NCBI GenBank assembly: GCA_048940445.1
Contig: JBHLON010000011.1
Span: 20,659-84,658, forward strand
Length of the DNA: 64,000 nucleotides
Source of the DNA: Promethearchaeota archaeon
Lineage (GTDB): Archaea; Asgardarchaeota; Lokiarchaeia; Sigyniarchaeales; SOKP01
Reading direction: 5' to 3'
A program made the position numbers and the translations under genes. Shown piece after piece: positions 1 through 9,804 of the stretch. The notes beneath the pieces were generated by a model. The model was not told the DNA's origin. It saw nothing but the letters and a program-made list of their open reading frames with translations, and did not search any database. Position 1 is the stretch's first letter. Every line of letters begins with the position of its first letter.

Positions 1-662
1 TCAAATCCTATAATTTTTCCATAATTAATCAATGCAATTTTATCACAAACTTCTGAAATTTCATATAACATATGAGAAGCTACAAATATTGTTTTTCCTT
101 GAGACTGAAGTTCTCGGATGTACTTTCGTATTTCGATTCTTGCAAGTGGATCCAAACCAGTTTGTGGTTCATCTAAAATTATAATCTCAGGATCATGGAT
201 AATAGCTTGAATTATTCCCAATTTCTGAGTCATTCCTTTGGAAAAATTTTTAACATTTTCATGTTTCCATTCTGAAAGTCTAAAAAGTGCTAAAAGTTCA
301 TCAATTCTGCTATCTATTTTATCTTTTGGATAGTTTTGAATTTTAGCGAAATATTTTAGTAATTGATAAGCTGTCATATGATAGAAATTTGGGATATCTA
401 TTAAAAATCCCATATGACTAATTGTTCTCGAAACATGTTGTAAATCTTCCAATTCACCGTGATCTGTAGAAATTAAGATTCTTCCAGAATTTGGTCGTAA
501 TATTTTAGCAATCATTTTAATAGTTGTGGTTTTACCCGCACCATTAGGACCTACTAATCCTACTGTTTCACCTCTACATACTTCAAGATTAATTTGATCG
601 ACTGCCGTAAAGTTTCCGAATCTTTTTGTTAAATTTTCTAGTTTAATTAATGCTTCCGACAT
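1..662 (-). CDS. ABC transporter ATP-binding protein (runs off window start)
   Basis: Own translation from ATG 662: MSEALIKLENLTKRFGNF..., Walker A GPNGAGKTT, signature FSKGM, Walker B IIILDEP; not in ORF track because truncated. Confidence 0.92.
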   Translation of the reverse strand, partial: MSEALIKLENLTKRFGNFTAVDQINLEVCRGETVGLVGPNGAGKTTTIKMIAKILRPNSGRILISTDHGELEDLQHVSRTISHMGFLIDIPNFYHMTAYQLLKYFAKIQNYPKDKIDSRIDELLALFRLSEWKHENVKNFSKGMTQKLGIIQAIIHDPEIIILDEPQTGLDPLARIEIRKYIRELQSQGKTIFVASHMLYEISEVCDKIALINYGKIIGF

Positions 663-690
663 TTTATTCATTTTCCGACTTATTTTTTTG

Positions 691-1245
691 TTAAAGTTTA
701 TGTAATTTTGAAATTTTTTTTTCAATATTTTGGAGTTTTTGGGTTAAGATTTCTATTCGCTTTTTAATAAAGGACCTCTGAAATTCTAATGTTTTGAGTT
801 CTTCTTTTTCAGATTTAGAACTAATTCTATTAAATGGAGGAGTTTGTCTAAGAAAATCATTTGAAAGATCTGGTAATTCATCTTTAAACCCAAATGTAGT
901 AGCTATAATAGATCTCAGAGACTCCCTTATTTCTTGCTCCTTTTTAATCATAATATCAAGAGTCTTTTTACCAGCTTCAGTTATTTCATATAAAATAATT
1001 TTTTCATCTTCCTCTTGCTTTAAAGGTTTAATCAAGTTTTTCTCCCGTAGATTCTTTAGAATAGTATACATTGTTGAGTCAGTTGGTTCCCATGCCCCAA
1101 ACGTGCGTTCTTCAATTGCATTTTTGATTTGTCGTCCATGCATTGGCTCCTTTTCTAGAACTAGTAATGTAAGCGTACTTATGAACCCTTTTTTCATCGC
1201 TTTTTCGAACTTCTCTGCAATTTCTTCAACCATAAAGAAGTACAA
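691..1245 (-). CDS. PadR-family transcriptional regulator
   Basis: wHTH pattern LLVLEKEPMHG...MYTILKNLREKNLI...YEITEAG; C-terminal coiled coil; upstream of ABC gene; true start may be ATG 1233. Confidence 0.88.
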   Translation of the reverse strand: MYFFMVEEIAEKFEKAMKKGFISTLTLLVLEKEPMHGRQIKNAIEERTFGAWEPTDSTMYTILKNLREKNLIKPLKQEEDEKIILYEITEAGKKTLDIMIKKEQEIRESLRSIIATTFGFKDELPDLSNDFLRQTPPFNRISSKSEKEELKTLEFQRSFIKKRIEILTQKLQNIEKKISKLHKL

Positions 1246-1268
1246 CCAAAATACTAAATATCAAAATT

Positions 1269-1306
1269 GTATCGATAATTGATATATCGATAATCGATAT
1301 TTAAAG
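1269..1306 (-). promoter_or_regulatory. Tandem palindromic operator next to TATA box of padR-ABC unit
   Basis: Perfect ATATCGAT-A-ATCGATAT (1284-1300), degenerate copy GTATCGAT-A-ATTGATAT (1269-1285), minus-strand TTTAAATA at 1299-1306. Confidence 0.6.
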
Positions 1307-1533
1307 TTTCTGATTCTAAAAAATTAGTTTCTTCAGATTCGAACACATTTAGTATGATTATCTATGAATATCATTTTTAAGTTATACATTTTTGTTAATT
1401 GTTTATGTTTCCCTTACTCAGATTCTGTAGTAATCTTTAATGTGTAATACTCGTGTAATATATTCAATTATTACTCTGGGGGACCACCTAAATATTAAAA
1501 ATAACTCCAATAATAACAGGTGGTATTAATAAA

Positions 1534-1725
1534 TTGAAGTTAATAACTTGCCACGTGCCCGAAAAAATTTGAGAAATCTTCAGATTTAGGGAGGCTTATC
1601 TTCGTGGCATAGAAGAACTTGTCCAAATGAATGTTTATCCTAATCGGTCAGAGGTTATTCGTGTAGCAATTCGGGATTTACTCAAAACAGAATTAAGTAC
1701 AGTTTTACAAAAAAAACCTGAATAA
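1534..1725 (+). CDS. Ribbon-helix-helix (CopG/CdrS-like) regulator, interrupted by a 30-nt insertion; 53 aa if excised
   Basis: TTG start after AGGTGG; MKLITCHVPE[KI*EIFRFRE]AYLRGIEELVQMNVYPNRSEVIRVAIRDLLKTELSTVLQKKPE; YPNRSEVIR matches archaeal CdrS-like RHH proteins. Confidence 0.85.
1564..1593 (+). other. Candidate 30-nt mRNA intron with relaxed bulge-helix-bulge ends
   Basis: In-frame TGA 1570-1572; internal stem AAATTTGAG/TTCAGATTT; central helix CCCG/AGGG, bulges AAA and AGG; exon clamp TGCCACG/CGTGGCA; excision restores VPEAYL. Confidence 0.6.
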
Positions 1726-1820
1726 ATTAATTTTTTTCTTATATTCTTAATTTTCCCTGACTTTCTAGTTTTACAATTAAAATAAATTATTATAATTAGT
1801 AATACATTTGAGTCATTAGT

Positions 1821-2783
1821 ATGTGGAATGTATTATTCTGGATTTTACTCTTTATTGGAGGATATTTATTAATTTATTTTGCAGCGGATGTCTTTCTTGA
1901 TAACTTAAAGGAATTATGTTTAATATATAAATTATCTCCATTCATAATTGGATTATTAGTGCTTGGGATAGATCCAGAAGAATCAATTGCTTCGATTATT
2001 GCTGCAATTAATGGATTACCATACATTGCGATAGGGAACGTCATTGGTAATTCAATCTTTTCATTAACATTATGTTTTGCATTACCTGCATTTTTCTTTA
2101 ATATAAATTTAAAATCAATATCTAAATTTTATTTTGGAATTCTGTATGGCTGTATGATTTTACTCCTTTTGAGTTTCATTTTTAATTACGGTCTATTAAT
2201 TTTTGGATTGAGTGCTCTGATTCTTTATTCAATTTACATTATAAAATCATTGAAAGATGCTTCAAAAAAAAAGGTCATCGAAATTAAAAAGATTGGTGAA
2301 GATATTGATGATGAAATAAAGAATTTCAATAAGAGGTCTAAAGCTAAAAAAATAATATTGGTGATTATTGCACTGCTTTTCATTATACTTGGAGGTGAAA
2401 TACTCATTTATGCAGCTGAAAATTTAATATATTTGACTGGAATCTCTGAAGAAATTTTTGGATTTGTAATCATTGCATTCGTCACTAATGTTGAGGAATT
2501 AACTTTGGTATTTAAATCAGTCAAAAGAGGCAGTTTTGAAATTGGTTTAGGTGGGATGATGGGAAAAGTTATCTGGAATTTATCATTAACTTTTGGAATT
2601 AGTGGAGTAATCGCTATTGGAATAAAGTTTAGTCAAGTGTTAATTTATAATTGGTTATTATTATTGGGATTACTTTTTTATTACCATGGAAAATCAAAAA
2701 TGAAAACTTTAGGTAAAATTGATGCCTCAATCTTAATGATATTTCTTGCAATTTTCTTGATTGTTTCTATAGTCTATAATTAA
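1821..2783 (+). CDS. Na+/Ca2+ exchanger (CaCA/YrbG) family
   Basis: Multi-TM, two alpha-repeats (DPEE...AIGNVIGNS; TNVEE). Confidence 0.85.
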   Translation: MWNVLFWILLFIGGYLLIYFAADVFLDNLKELCLIYKLSPFIIGLLVLGIDPEESIASIIAAINGLPYIAIGNVIGNSIFSLTLCFALPAFFFNINLKSISKFYFGILYGCMILLLLSFIFNYGLLIFGLSALILYSIYIIKSLKDASKKKVIEIKKIGEDIDDEIKNFNKRSKAKKIILVIIALLFIILGGEILIYAAENLIYLTGISEEIFGFVIIAFVTNVEELTLVFKSVKRGSFEIGLGGMMGKVIWNLSLTFGISGVIAIGIKFSQVLIYNWLLLLGLLFYYHGKSKMKTLGKIDASILMIFLAIFLIVSIVYN

Positions 2784-2822
2784 TCAATTAAAATTTTATT
2801 AAGTTTTATATTTCTTTTTATA

Positions 2823-3683
2823 ATGACTTTTTCGCATTTTGATTTTAAATATATTGATGTACATTGTCATTTTTTTCCACCTCAAATATTTAAGGCTATA
2901 TGGGATTTTTTTGAACGCCGTAATGACAAAGATAAGATTGAGGGGTGGCCAATTAGTTATAAATTACCAACCGTTGAGTTAATCAAGATTCTTGGAGAAA
3001 GAAACGTAGATTTTTTCACAGCATATAATTATGCTCATAAAAAAGGCGTGGCAGAATATATAAATGAATGGACGTATAAACTTGCTCAAAATAATAAGCA
3101 AATTATACCATTTGGTTGTATATGGCCTGAAGATGCTAATCGAGTTGAATATAGCAAGAAAATGTTTGAAGAATACAGTTTTTATGGTTTGAAAATACAA
3201 CCTTTAGTACAAAACTTCTTTCTTAATGATGAGCGAATGGATAAAATATATAAGATGATAGTGGATAAAGGAAAGTGGTTAACAATTCATATAGGTACAG
3301 CTCCTTATCGTAATAAGTTTGTTGGTTATAAGAATTTTCTGAAATTCCTCGAGATATATTCAAATATGAACATTATCGTAGCCCACATGGGTGCGTTCGA
3401 ATACCAAAAATTTCTAAATTTAGTAGATAGATTTGAGAATTTGTATTTAGATACAGCAATGATATACATACCTAATAATATATTCCCTGAACGGAGTAGT
3501 AAGCGTCCTGGTCCTGAAAAATTATTATCTTATCAAGATAGAATACTTTTTGGCTCAGACTTTCCAAACATTCCATATGAATATGAAAATTCTACAAAAG
3601 GATTATTAGAATTTGATCTTCCAAGGAAATTTTATGAATCTATTTTTTACAATAACGCAAAAAAATTATTTAAACTTAAATAA
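2823..3683 (+). CDS. Amidohydrolase_2 family metallohydrolase
   Basis: IDVHCH, IHIG, VAHMG, ILFGSDFP. Confidence 0.88.
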   Translation: MTFSHFDFKYIDVHCHFFPPQIFKAIWDFFERRNDKDKIEGWPISYKLPTVELIKILGERNVDFFTAYNYAHKKGVAEYINEWTYKLAQNNKQIIPFGCIWPEDANRVEYSKKMFEEYSFYGLKIQPLVQNFFLNDERMDKIYKMIVDKGKWLTIHIGTAPYRNKFVGYKNFLKFLEIYSNMNIIVAHMGAFEYQKFLNLVDRFENLYLDTAMIYIPNNIFPERSSKRPGPEKLLSYQDRILFGSDFPNIPYEYENSTKGLLEFDLPRKFYESIFYNNAKKLFKLK

Positions 3684-3695
3684 TAAATTTATCCA

Positions 3696-4535
3696 TTAAT
3701 ATTGCAGCATTACTAAACTTAAAGCCATAATGGCCATACCAGTGATTATTCCCAATATTGAGTAGTGTTCTTTAGCGAAAGATCGAGAGACGGGTAATAA
3801 TTCATCTAAAGAGATATAAACCATTATTCCACCTACAATGCCTAACATTGCACTCAACACATTTTCGTTTATAAAGGGAAATAAGACTACCCAAGTAATA
3901 AGTGCTCCTAAAGGCTCACTTATCCCCGATAAAAATGACCACTTGAAAGCTTTCTTCTTGTTTAAGGTATATAAATAAATAGGTACCGAAACTGCAATTC
4001 CTTCGGGTATATTATGTAAGGCTATAGCGATTGTTAATAAAATACCAAGATTTAATTGAGTTAGAGCTCCTATAAATGTCGCCATACCTTCAGGGAAGTT
4101 GTGTATAAATACTCCAAAGAAGATGAATATTGAAGTTTTTGCTAGATTTATCTCTTTTTTTTCACCTCGATGTTGATATCTTTTGCGGTGTCTATGACCG
4201 TAATGAAGGTGAGGTTGATGTTCTCCATTCTTATTTATGAGATACTCAATAGAATCTTCAAATTCATATTGATGAGATACCAACATATCAATCCCCAACA
4301 TAATAATCATACCTAAAAAGAAAAAGATTAACCCTAAAAAAAGATCATATGTCCTAATACTTGCTTGAAGTAATTCTACAAAGGAAATAAGAATCATAAC
4401 TCCCGCAGAAAATCCCATAATAAATGAAAGAAACTTAGGCTTAGGATTTTTCATAAAAAATGAAATAAAACTTCCTATTGTAGTTGATAAACCTGCTAGC
4501 AAACTTAAAAGAATTGCAAATAAAACAGATTCCAT
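3696..4535 (-). CDS. zupT: ZIP-family zinc/metal transporter
   Basis: GFSAGVM, IHNFPEG, LHNIPEG, His-rich loop. Confidence 0.93.
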   Translation of the reverse strand: MESVLFAILLSLLAGLSTTIGSFISFFMKNPKPKFLSFIMGFSAGVMILISFVELLQASIRTYDLFLGLIFFFLGMIIMLGIDMLVSHQYEFEDSIEYLINKNGEHQPHLHYGHRHRKRYQHRGEKKEINLAKTSIFIFFGVFIHNFPEGMATFIGALTQLNLGILLTIAIALHNIPEGIAVSVPIYLYTLNKKKAFKWSFLSGISEPLGALITWVVLFPFINENVLSAMLGIVGGIMVYISLDELLPVSRSFAKEHYSILGIITGMAIMALSLVMLQY

Positions 4536-4672
4536 TATTGTTCTTTTTCCTTTGATGTAGTTCCTTTACTATTTATAGAAAATTGAATTTACTTTTTCAA
4601 GTAAATTTTAATAGAATTCATAGCATAAAATGATTAATATACCTTTTTAAATAGGAAAAAATTATATCTAAT

Positions 4673-4686
4673 TTAGGCGCGTCTAA
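4673..4686. promoter_or_regulatory. DtxR/SirR-like palindrome upstream of zupT
   Basis: TTAGGCGCGTCTAA, about 140 bp upstream of zupT start. Confidence 0.4.
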
Positions 4687-4920
4687 TTATCAATAAATTA
4701 TTTTTCTATTTAAAGCTTATGAAAGATTAAAAGATGTACAAATTAGCCTTAATGAACTAATTAAATTATCTGATACTCTTCCTAAATTATTATAAAACTC
4801 CTGTGAAAGGAAAGAGATAATATTTTCTGATACTGAATGTTATTTTTTAATCTAAATAATATATATAATATTGAAACATTTCAATATTTAAAATTATAGC
4901 TGATAAAATAGGATTTTAAC

Positions 4921-5946
4921 GTGAAACTCTTATCTACTAACGACAAAATTTTCTTTTTTGAACGAAATTTTTTTACTTTAGATGGCTTATGGATGATTAA
5001 GACTGAAGAAGAAACAAATTGGGAGACCGCATTAAATATTGACTTAATAGTGTGGAAAAAGCTACTAAAAATCATCTTTCAAAGACTTAAAGAATACTTA
5101 GATATACAAAGTAATAATTTAATTGACTTCATTAAGATTCTAACTTTTAGATGGTCTGTGGAAGGTTGGGACTATGAAATTTTGTTTCCAAATAAGTCCC
5201 AAATTGAGATTATTATTAAAAATTGCCCCTATTATGCAGCAATGGATCGAAATCCAGATCGTCATGAGAAGATACCTCTAATTTGCAGAAATGTTTGTAT
5301 ACCTTTATATGAGTCTTTAGTTGTTGGATTCAGTAAAGACATAAAGATAAGTAGAAGAAAGTTCAAAGGATTGGGTGATCATAATTGTAATTTTATCCTT
5401 GAACAAATTGACTATTCAATGCCTTCCAGAATTATATTACAAAAAGCTCTAAATAAAGCAGTAGATAGAAAGGGTAAATTATTTTATTTTGAAAAAAATT
5501 TTAGAACTCTTGATGGATTATGGATCGTTGAAGTAGAAAACAAACTAAATTTCGCTATAGCACTAAAACTTGATATTGTTGTATGGAAAGAACTATATGA
5601 AATAATATTTAGGAGAGTAAGCAAATATTTGAATATAAGGGGGCATTCTCTAAAAGATCTTACTCAAATTTTATCATTTATTTGGAATTGCGAAGGGATT
5701 TCTTATGAGATAATTGAAAAGGATGAAAGAGAGATTATAATTAATGTCAAACAATGTCCTTATCTTGAGGCCATGCAAAGAAATCCAGAACGCCAAGATA
5801 ATATAGTATCAGTATGCAAAGACATATGTTTCTCTTACTTGGAACCCGTAATTCAGAATTTTAATCCGAAGATCATATTAAAACGAACAAAGTCTAAGGG
5901 AACTGGTGATCATATATGTGATTTTCGTTTTAAATTAAACGAATAA
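4921..5946 (+). CDS. Internally duplicated DUF6125/ATC-hydrolase-like (V4R-related) protein
   Basis: Two repeats FE(R/K)NF.TLDGLW...CPY..AM.RNP.R...C...C...C.F. Confidence 0.7.
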   Translation: MKLLSTNDKIFFFERNFFTLDGLWMIKTEEETNWETALNIDLIVWKKLLKIIFQRLKEYLDIQSNNLIDFIKILTFRWSVEGWDYEILFPNKSQIEIIIKNCPYYAAMDRNPDRHEKIPLICRNVCIPLYESLVVGFSKDIKISRRKFKGLGDHNCNFILEQIDYSMPSRIILQKALNKAVDRKGKLFYFEKNFRTLDGLWIVEVENKLNFAIALKLDIVVWKELYEIIFRRVSKYLNIRGHSLKDLTQILSFIWNCEGISYEIIEKDEREIIINVKQCPYLEAMQRNPERQDNIVSVCKDICFSYLEPVIQNFNPKIILKRTKSKGTGDHICDFRFKLNE

Positions 5947-5962
5947 CATTTTTTAGACTCAG

Positions 5963-7822
5963 TCAATATATTTTTTGAAAGAAATCTATATGTTTTTTTG
6001 TTGTAGATATGATGAGACTTCTTTCCTTAGTAGAAATTAAATATAGTTCGAAGATGATATTATCAATTTCTTTTATATATTGCTTACATTTTTCTGTAAG
6101 TACTCCATTCTGTTTATAAAGCTCAGTGGAAATCTTATCAACTCTATAATTTATTTTTTGTTTTACATCTTGTTTACAATGGATTATTGGAAGGTGTCTT
6201 ATCATATATTGATTCAAATTAATTGTAGTGTTTTGTTGATTATTAATTCCATAAATGCAATAGAATTGCAATAGAATTGAGTTTAGTAAGGCGCATAGAT
6301 ATTTCAATTCAGAAATATTAGAATGAAGAAGAGAATAAATTGATGAAGTAAAACATACTTTTTCTATGGTAAATAAAGTTTGAGGATAAATGTTATTATG
6401 CTTAATAAGTAATTTAGGACTTGTATAATATTCAAAATCATTTCCCTTTAGAACTTTGGCATTTATTTTTTCTAAATCTAAAGATCTTTCTCGATGAAAG
6501 TAAAAATAGGTGAAATCTTCTTTAGCATTAATGAAGAAACAAGAATTATCAAGACTTTCTTCTATTAGGTTTTTAACTACTTTTAATCCTTTCGCTTCTT
6601 CACCTCTTATCATCTTTGGAAAGTCTTGAATGTTCAGATAATTTAAATCACCCTCTTTTTCAATCTTGTAAACTAAATCCAATAAATTTTGGGTCGGTTT
6701 AATTCTGATTCGATTCATTAATAAAGTCTTAGAAGAACAATATGGACAGAACTTTTCAAAAGTATAAACAAATACTTTTCTTGGTTTATCAGACAAATAA
6801 CAGTCGTTATTTTGGCAAAGTCTAAGGGTATCTACTTTTTGATTTTTATATAGGATGATTTCAGTATTAGGATATTTATAGACTCTTAAATCTTTAAAAT
6901 AATTTGCCTTTTTCTCATAAATCATAATTTGTACCTCATTAGTAGCTGCTTTAAAAAGATTAGGTCCGATATCATAGATTTTCAGCAGATTCGATTTTGA
7001 TAACAGACTATTTCTAAACATTATATAGCCTTGCCTAAGTAGAAAGCTCTTAGGGACTAAAAAAGCCACAATCCTATCTGACCAATTAATTGCTTTTAAG
7101 AGAAAAGCACAATAAATATCGTTGTAAAACAAATTTTCTTTTTTAAGGACTTTCTTATCAACTTCCTTAAGAATATTGCCATATGGTGGATTGCCAATAA
7201 TAATATCAAAATTAGCAGATTGGAGTTCAATCAAACTATTCTTTAAATTTAAATTTGAATCTAAAATAGAGAGTGATTTATTTAATAGGGTTAGATTATC
7301 ATTATTTAGCCATCTTAAGATTTTTAATTTACTTAATTTTAATGCCAATTCATTTATTTCAAAACCGTAGAGATTTTTTAATATTTTAATTTTTAAATAA
7401 GAGTCATCTTTGAAATTAAGTTTTACCATTAGATCATAAAGAATCTCAGCAGCACTTATGATAAACACTCCAGAACCGCATGCAGGATCGCATATCTTGA
7501 TATTTGATAATACTTCTTTAACTCTATTCAAGAACTTTAAGTCTAAAGAGAATAAGTCGTCAAATTTAGTTATTTTTAATGGTCCTAATACATTACTCAG
7601 TAATGAGATTAAAGCCTTGGAGAAAATGAATCCCGAAATCTCTTTTTGAGTATAAAATACACCTTCCTTTTTCCTATTAACATAATTCTTCTCAAAGATT
7701 TTTTCAAGATTATCAATAAGAGTTAGGTTTTCTTTTAGTTGAATGCATTTGTTAAATCTAATTGAATCTAGGATAGAATTATATAATTGATTAATCTCTT
7801 GGAGATTTTCTGAATTGTTCAT
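5963..7822 (-). CDS. N6-adenine DNA methyltransferase (TaqI/Eco57I-like), no adjacent nuclease
   Basis: GVFYT, DPACGSG, GNPPY, TaqI-C-like tail. Confidence 0.88.
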   Translation of the reverse strand: MNNSENLQEINQLYNSILDSIRFNKCIQLKENLTLIDNLEKIFEKNYVNRKKEGVFYTQKEISGFIFSKALISLLSNVLGPLKITKFDDLFSLDLKFLNRVKEVLSNIKICDPACGSGVFIISAAEILYDLMVKLNFKDDSYLKIKILKNLYGFEINELALKLSKLKILRWLNNDNLTLLNKSLSILDSNLNLKNSLIELQSANFDIIIGNPPYGNILKEVDKKVLKKENLFYNDIYCAFLLKAINWSDRIVAFLVPKSFLLRQGYIMFRNSLLSKSNLLKIYDIGPNLFKAATNEVQIMIYEKKANYFKDLRVYKYPNTEIILYKNQKVDTLRLCQNNDCYLSDKPRKVFVYTFEKFCPYCSSKTLLMNRIRIKPTQNLLDLVYKIEKEGDLNYLNIQDFPKMIRGEEAKGLKVVKNLIEESLDNSCFFINAKEDFTYFYFHRERSLDLEKINAKVLKGNDFEYYTSPKLLIKHNNIYPQTLFTIEKVCFTSSIYSLLHSNISELKYLCALLNSILLQFYCIYGINNQQNTTINLNQYMIRHLPIIHCKQDVKQKINYRVDKISTELYKQNGVLTEKCKQYIKEIDNIIFELYLISTKERSLIISTTKKHIDFFQKIY

Positions 7823-7957
7823 TCTTGAAAAATTTATTTTTTAAATTAATTTAACTTTAAATCTAATGATAAAGAATTTAACGCATGACCAATATACATC
7901 TTATGGAGATTATTGTTTATCTTTTTATAATTTTTTTGATATAACAGAAGTAGGAAA

Positions 7958-8446
7958 ATGACTAATAAGGAAGAAGAAGATTATAACGGAGTTGCTCCAA
8001 TAAAGACAATTATAAAAAAGATGAAAAAAGAGTACGATCAGAATTCTAAAGGATGGCGAATAATAGGGACTAAGGATGATCAAGGTAATATAGATACATT
8101 TATAACGAAAAAACCTGATGCCTATTGGTTGAAATCTAAAATGGTGAATCCTTATTCTTCTTTAACAATGGGTGCTTCGATTCGTAACATTGATAAAGAT
8201 ATTGATGAAAAAATTGGGACTAAGATGTCACCAGATGATATGCTACGGCTTTTTGGAATGATTGTCCCGGTTACCAATGATCAAAACATTATTGCAGCGG
8301 GGATAGAAAAGTATTCACAAAATCATGGAAATCATCTAAAAAAGGTTATTAAAGAAAAAGACGTAAATTTGGGATATCAACTTGCAAGAAGAGTGGATGA
8401 AGAATTTACTAAAAAACATCCTCAAAGAAAGAATTTGTATATCTAA
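7958..8446 (+). CDS. Hypothetical protein
   Basis: 162-aa ORF, plausible composition. Confidence 0.75.
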   Translation: MTNKEEEDYNGVAPIKTIIKKMKKEYDQNSKGWRIIGTKDDQGNIDTFITKKPDAYWLKSKMVNPYSSLTMGASIRNIDKDIDEKIGTKMSPDDMLRLFGMIVPVTNDQNIIAAGIEKYSQNHGNHLKKVIKEKDVNLGYQLARRVDEEFTKKHPQRKNLYI

Positions 8447-8457
8447 TTAAAATAATG

Positions 8458-8877
8458 TTATTTTACCTTTTCCTTTAATATATTTAAATCGTCTTTTCCC
8501 TTAATTATAGGTAAATTTGCAGAATATTTTGAGGCATTATTTATGAGTTCTGAAATAATTGTTTTCATTTTTTCAGAACCCGACTTTCCTTCAAGCGTTT
8601 GGGCAAATTCTTTTAAAGATAAGACTTTTAAATCCTTAACATAGAAAGAAACTCCTTTTTCAACTTCTTCCAATAAAAATTGATATGATAAATCGGCGTT
8701 TCTTTCTCTTTTAATAAGCGGTTCGCTAGGATCTTCAAATGTATATGAAACTTCAATCCAGCGAACACCAGTATTATCTGTGGGTACCATTCCAAAAATA
8801 TAGTCATCTGTATAAAGCCAGATGGGGGTTCCATTATTGTAGGATGAATCAATAATTGTCTTAAATTCCTCGCTCAT
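8458..8877 (-). CDS. Hypothetical protein
   Basis: 139-aa ORF convergent with neighbour. Confidence 0.75.
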   Translation of the reverse strand: MSEEFKTIIDSSYNNGTPIWLYTDDYIFGMVPTDNTGVRWIEVSYTFEDPSEPLIKRERNADLSYQFLLEEVEKGVSFYVKDLKVLSLKEFAQTLEGKSGSEKMKTIISELINNASKYSANLPIIKGKDDLNILKEKVK

Positions 8878-9033
8878 TATTAGTCAATTTTTTCATTTAA
8901 ATTGGTGTTAATAATAATTAGCATAATTAAGAATTGCTTTTTTATTTTATTTATCAAAAATATCTTATTTTAATCTTAGCTTTTACTGGCTTTTATAAGT
9001 GATTTTTTAATAAGGAAATTATTATTATAAAAT

Positions 9034-9798
9034 ATGCGGGTATTGGATTATAAAGAATTGATTAATACTATTCAAAACTGGATAGAGGATTATATTTTTT
9101 CTACTAATGCTGATGGGGTAGTCGTAGGTTTGAGCGGTGGTATTGATAGTTCTGTTACTGCTGCTTTATGCGTAAAAGCAATCGGAAGCAAGAATGTTTT
9201 AGGATTAGAACTTCCATGTGAATCAATATCTCAAGATATTGAAGATGGTAAACTAATTGCAAAACATTTAGAAATTAAATCAATATTTATTGATCTAACA
9301 AACTCCTTCAAACAATTTATTAACCCCTTTTCATCTTTTATTGAACCCAATAAAATCTCACAAGCAAATATTAAACCAAGGTTAAGAATGATCTCTTTAT
9401 ATTATGTAGCGCAATCGATAGGCAATTATCTCGTGGCTGGTACTGGAAATAGATCTGAAATGGCGATTGGGTATTTTACGAAACATGGTGACGGCGGTGT
9501 AGATTTTGAACCATTGGGAAGGCTATATAAATGCGAAGTAAGAGAAATTGCCAGGACACTTAAGATACCTGATAAAATCATAGAGAAATCTCCTTCAGCA
9601 GGATTATGGCCTGATCAAACTGATGAAGGTGAAATCGGAATTTCTTATGATGAATTAGATGAAATATTATACAGATTAGATTATAATTTAGAAGTTAATG
9701 ATTTAGACAAGGAAAATGTTAAAAAAGTTAAAATAATGGTGGCTTCTACAAAGCATAAATTAAGAATGCCCCCCATATGTGAACTCAATAATTTTTAA
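9034..9798 (+). CDS. nadE: NH3-dependent NAD+ synthetase
   Basis: VGLSGGIDS, NIKPRLRM, GYFTKHGDG, PSAGLW, QTDE. Confidence 0.95.
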   Translation: MRVLDYKELINTIQNWIEDYIFSTNADGVVVGLSGGIDSSVTAALCVKAIGSKNVLGLELPCESISQDIEDGKLIAKHLEIKSIFIDLTNSFKQFINPFSSFIEPNKISQANIKPRLRMISLYYVAQSIGNYLVAGTGNRSEMAIGYFTKHGDGGVDFEPLGRLYKCEVREIARTLKIPDKIIEKSPSAGLWPDQTDEGEIGISYDELDEILYRLDYNLEVNDLDKENVKKVKIMVASTKHKLRMPPICELNNF

Positions 9799-9804
9799 AC
9801 CAAC

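Noticed and set aside
794-1282. 162-aa plus-strand ORF and other short antisense ORFs in the track
   Set aside because: Shadows of well-supported genes on the opposite strand
1570-1572. TGA in the RHH gene as selenocysteine
   Set aside because: Lies in an insert absent from the family pattern, not at a Cys position; no AUGA...GA SECIS seen downstream
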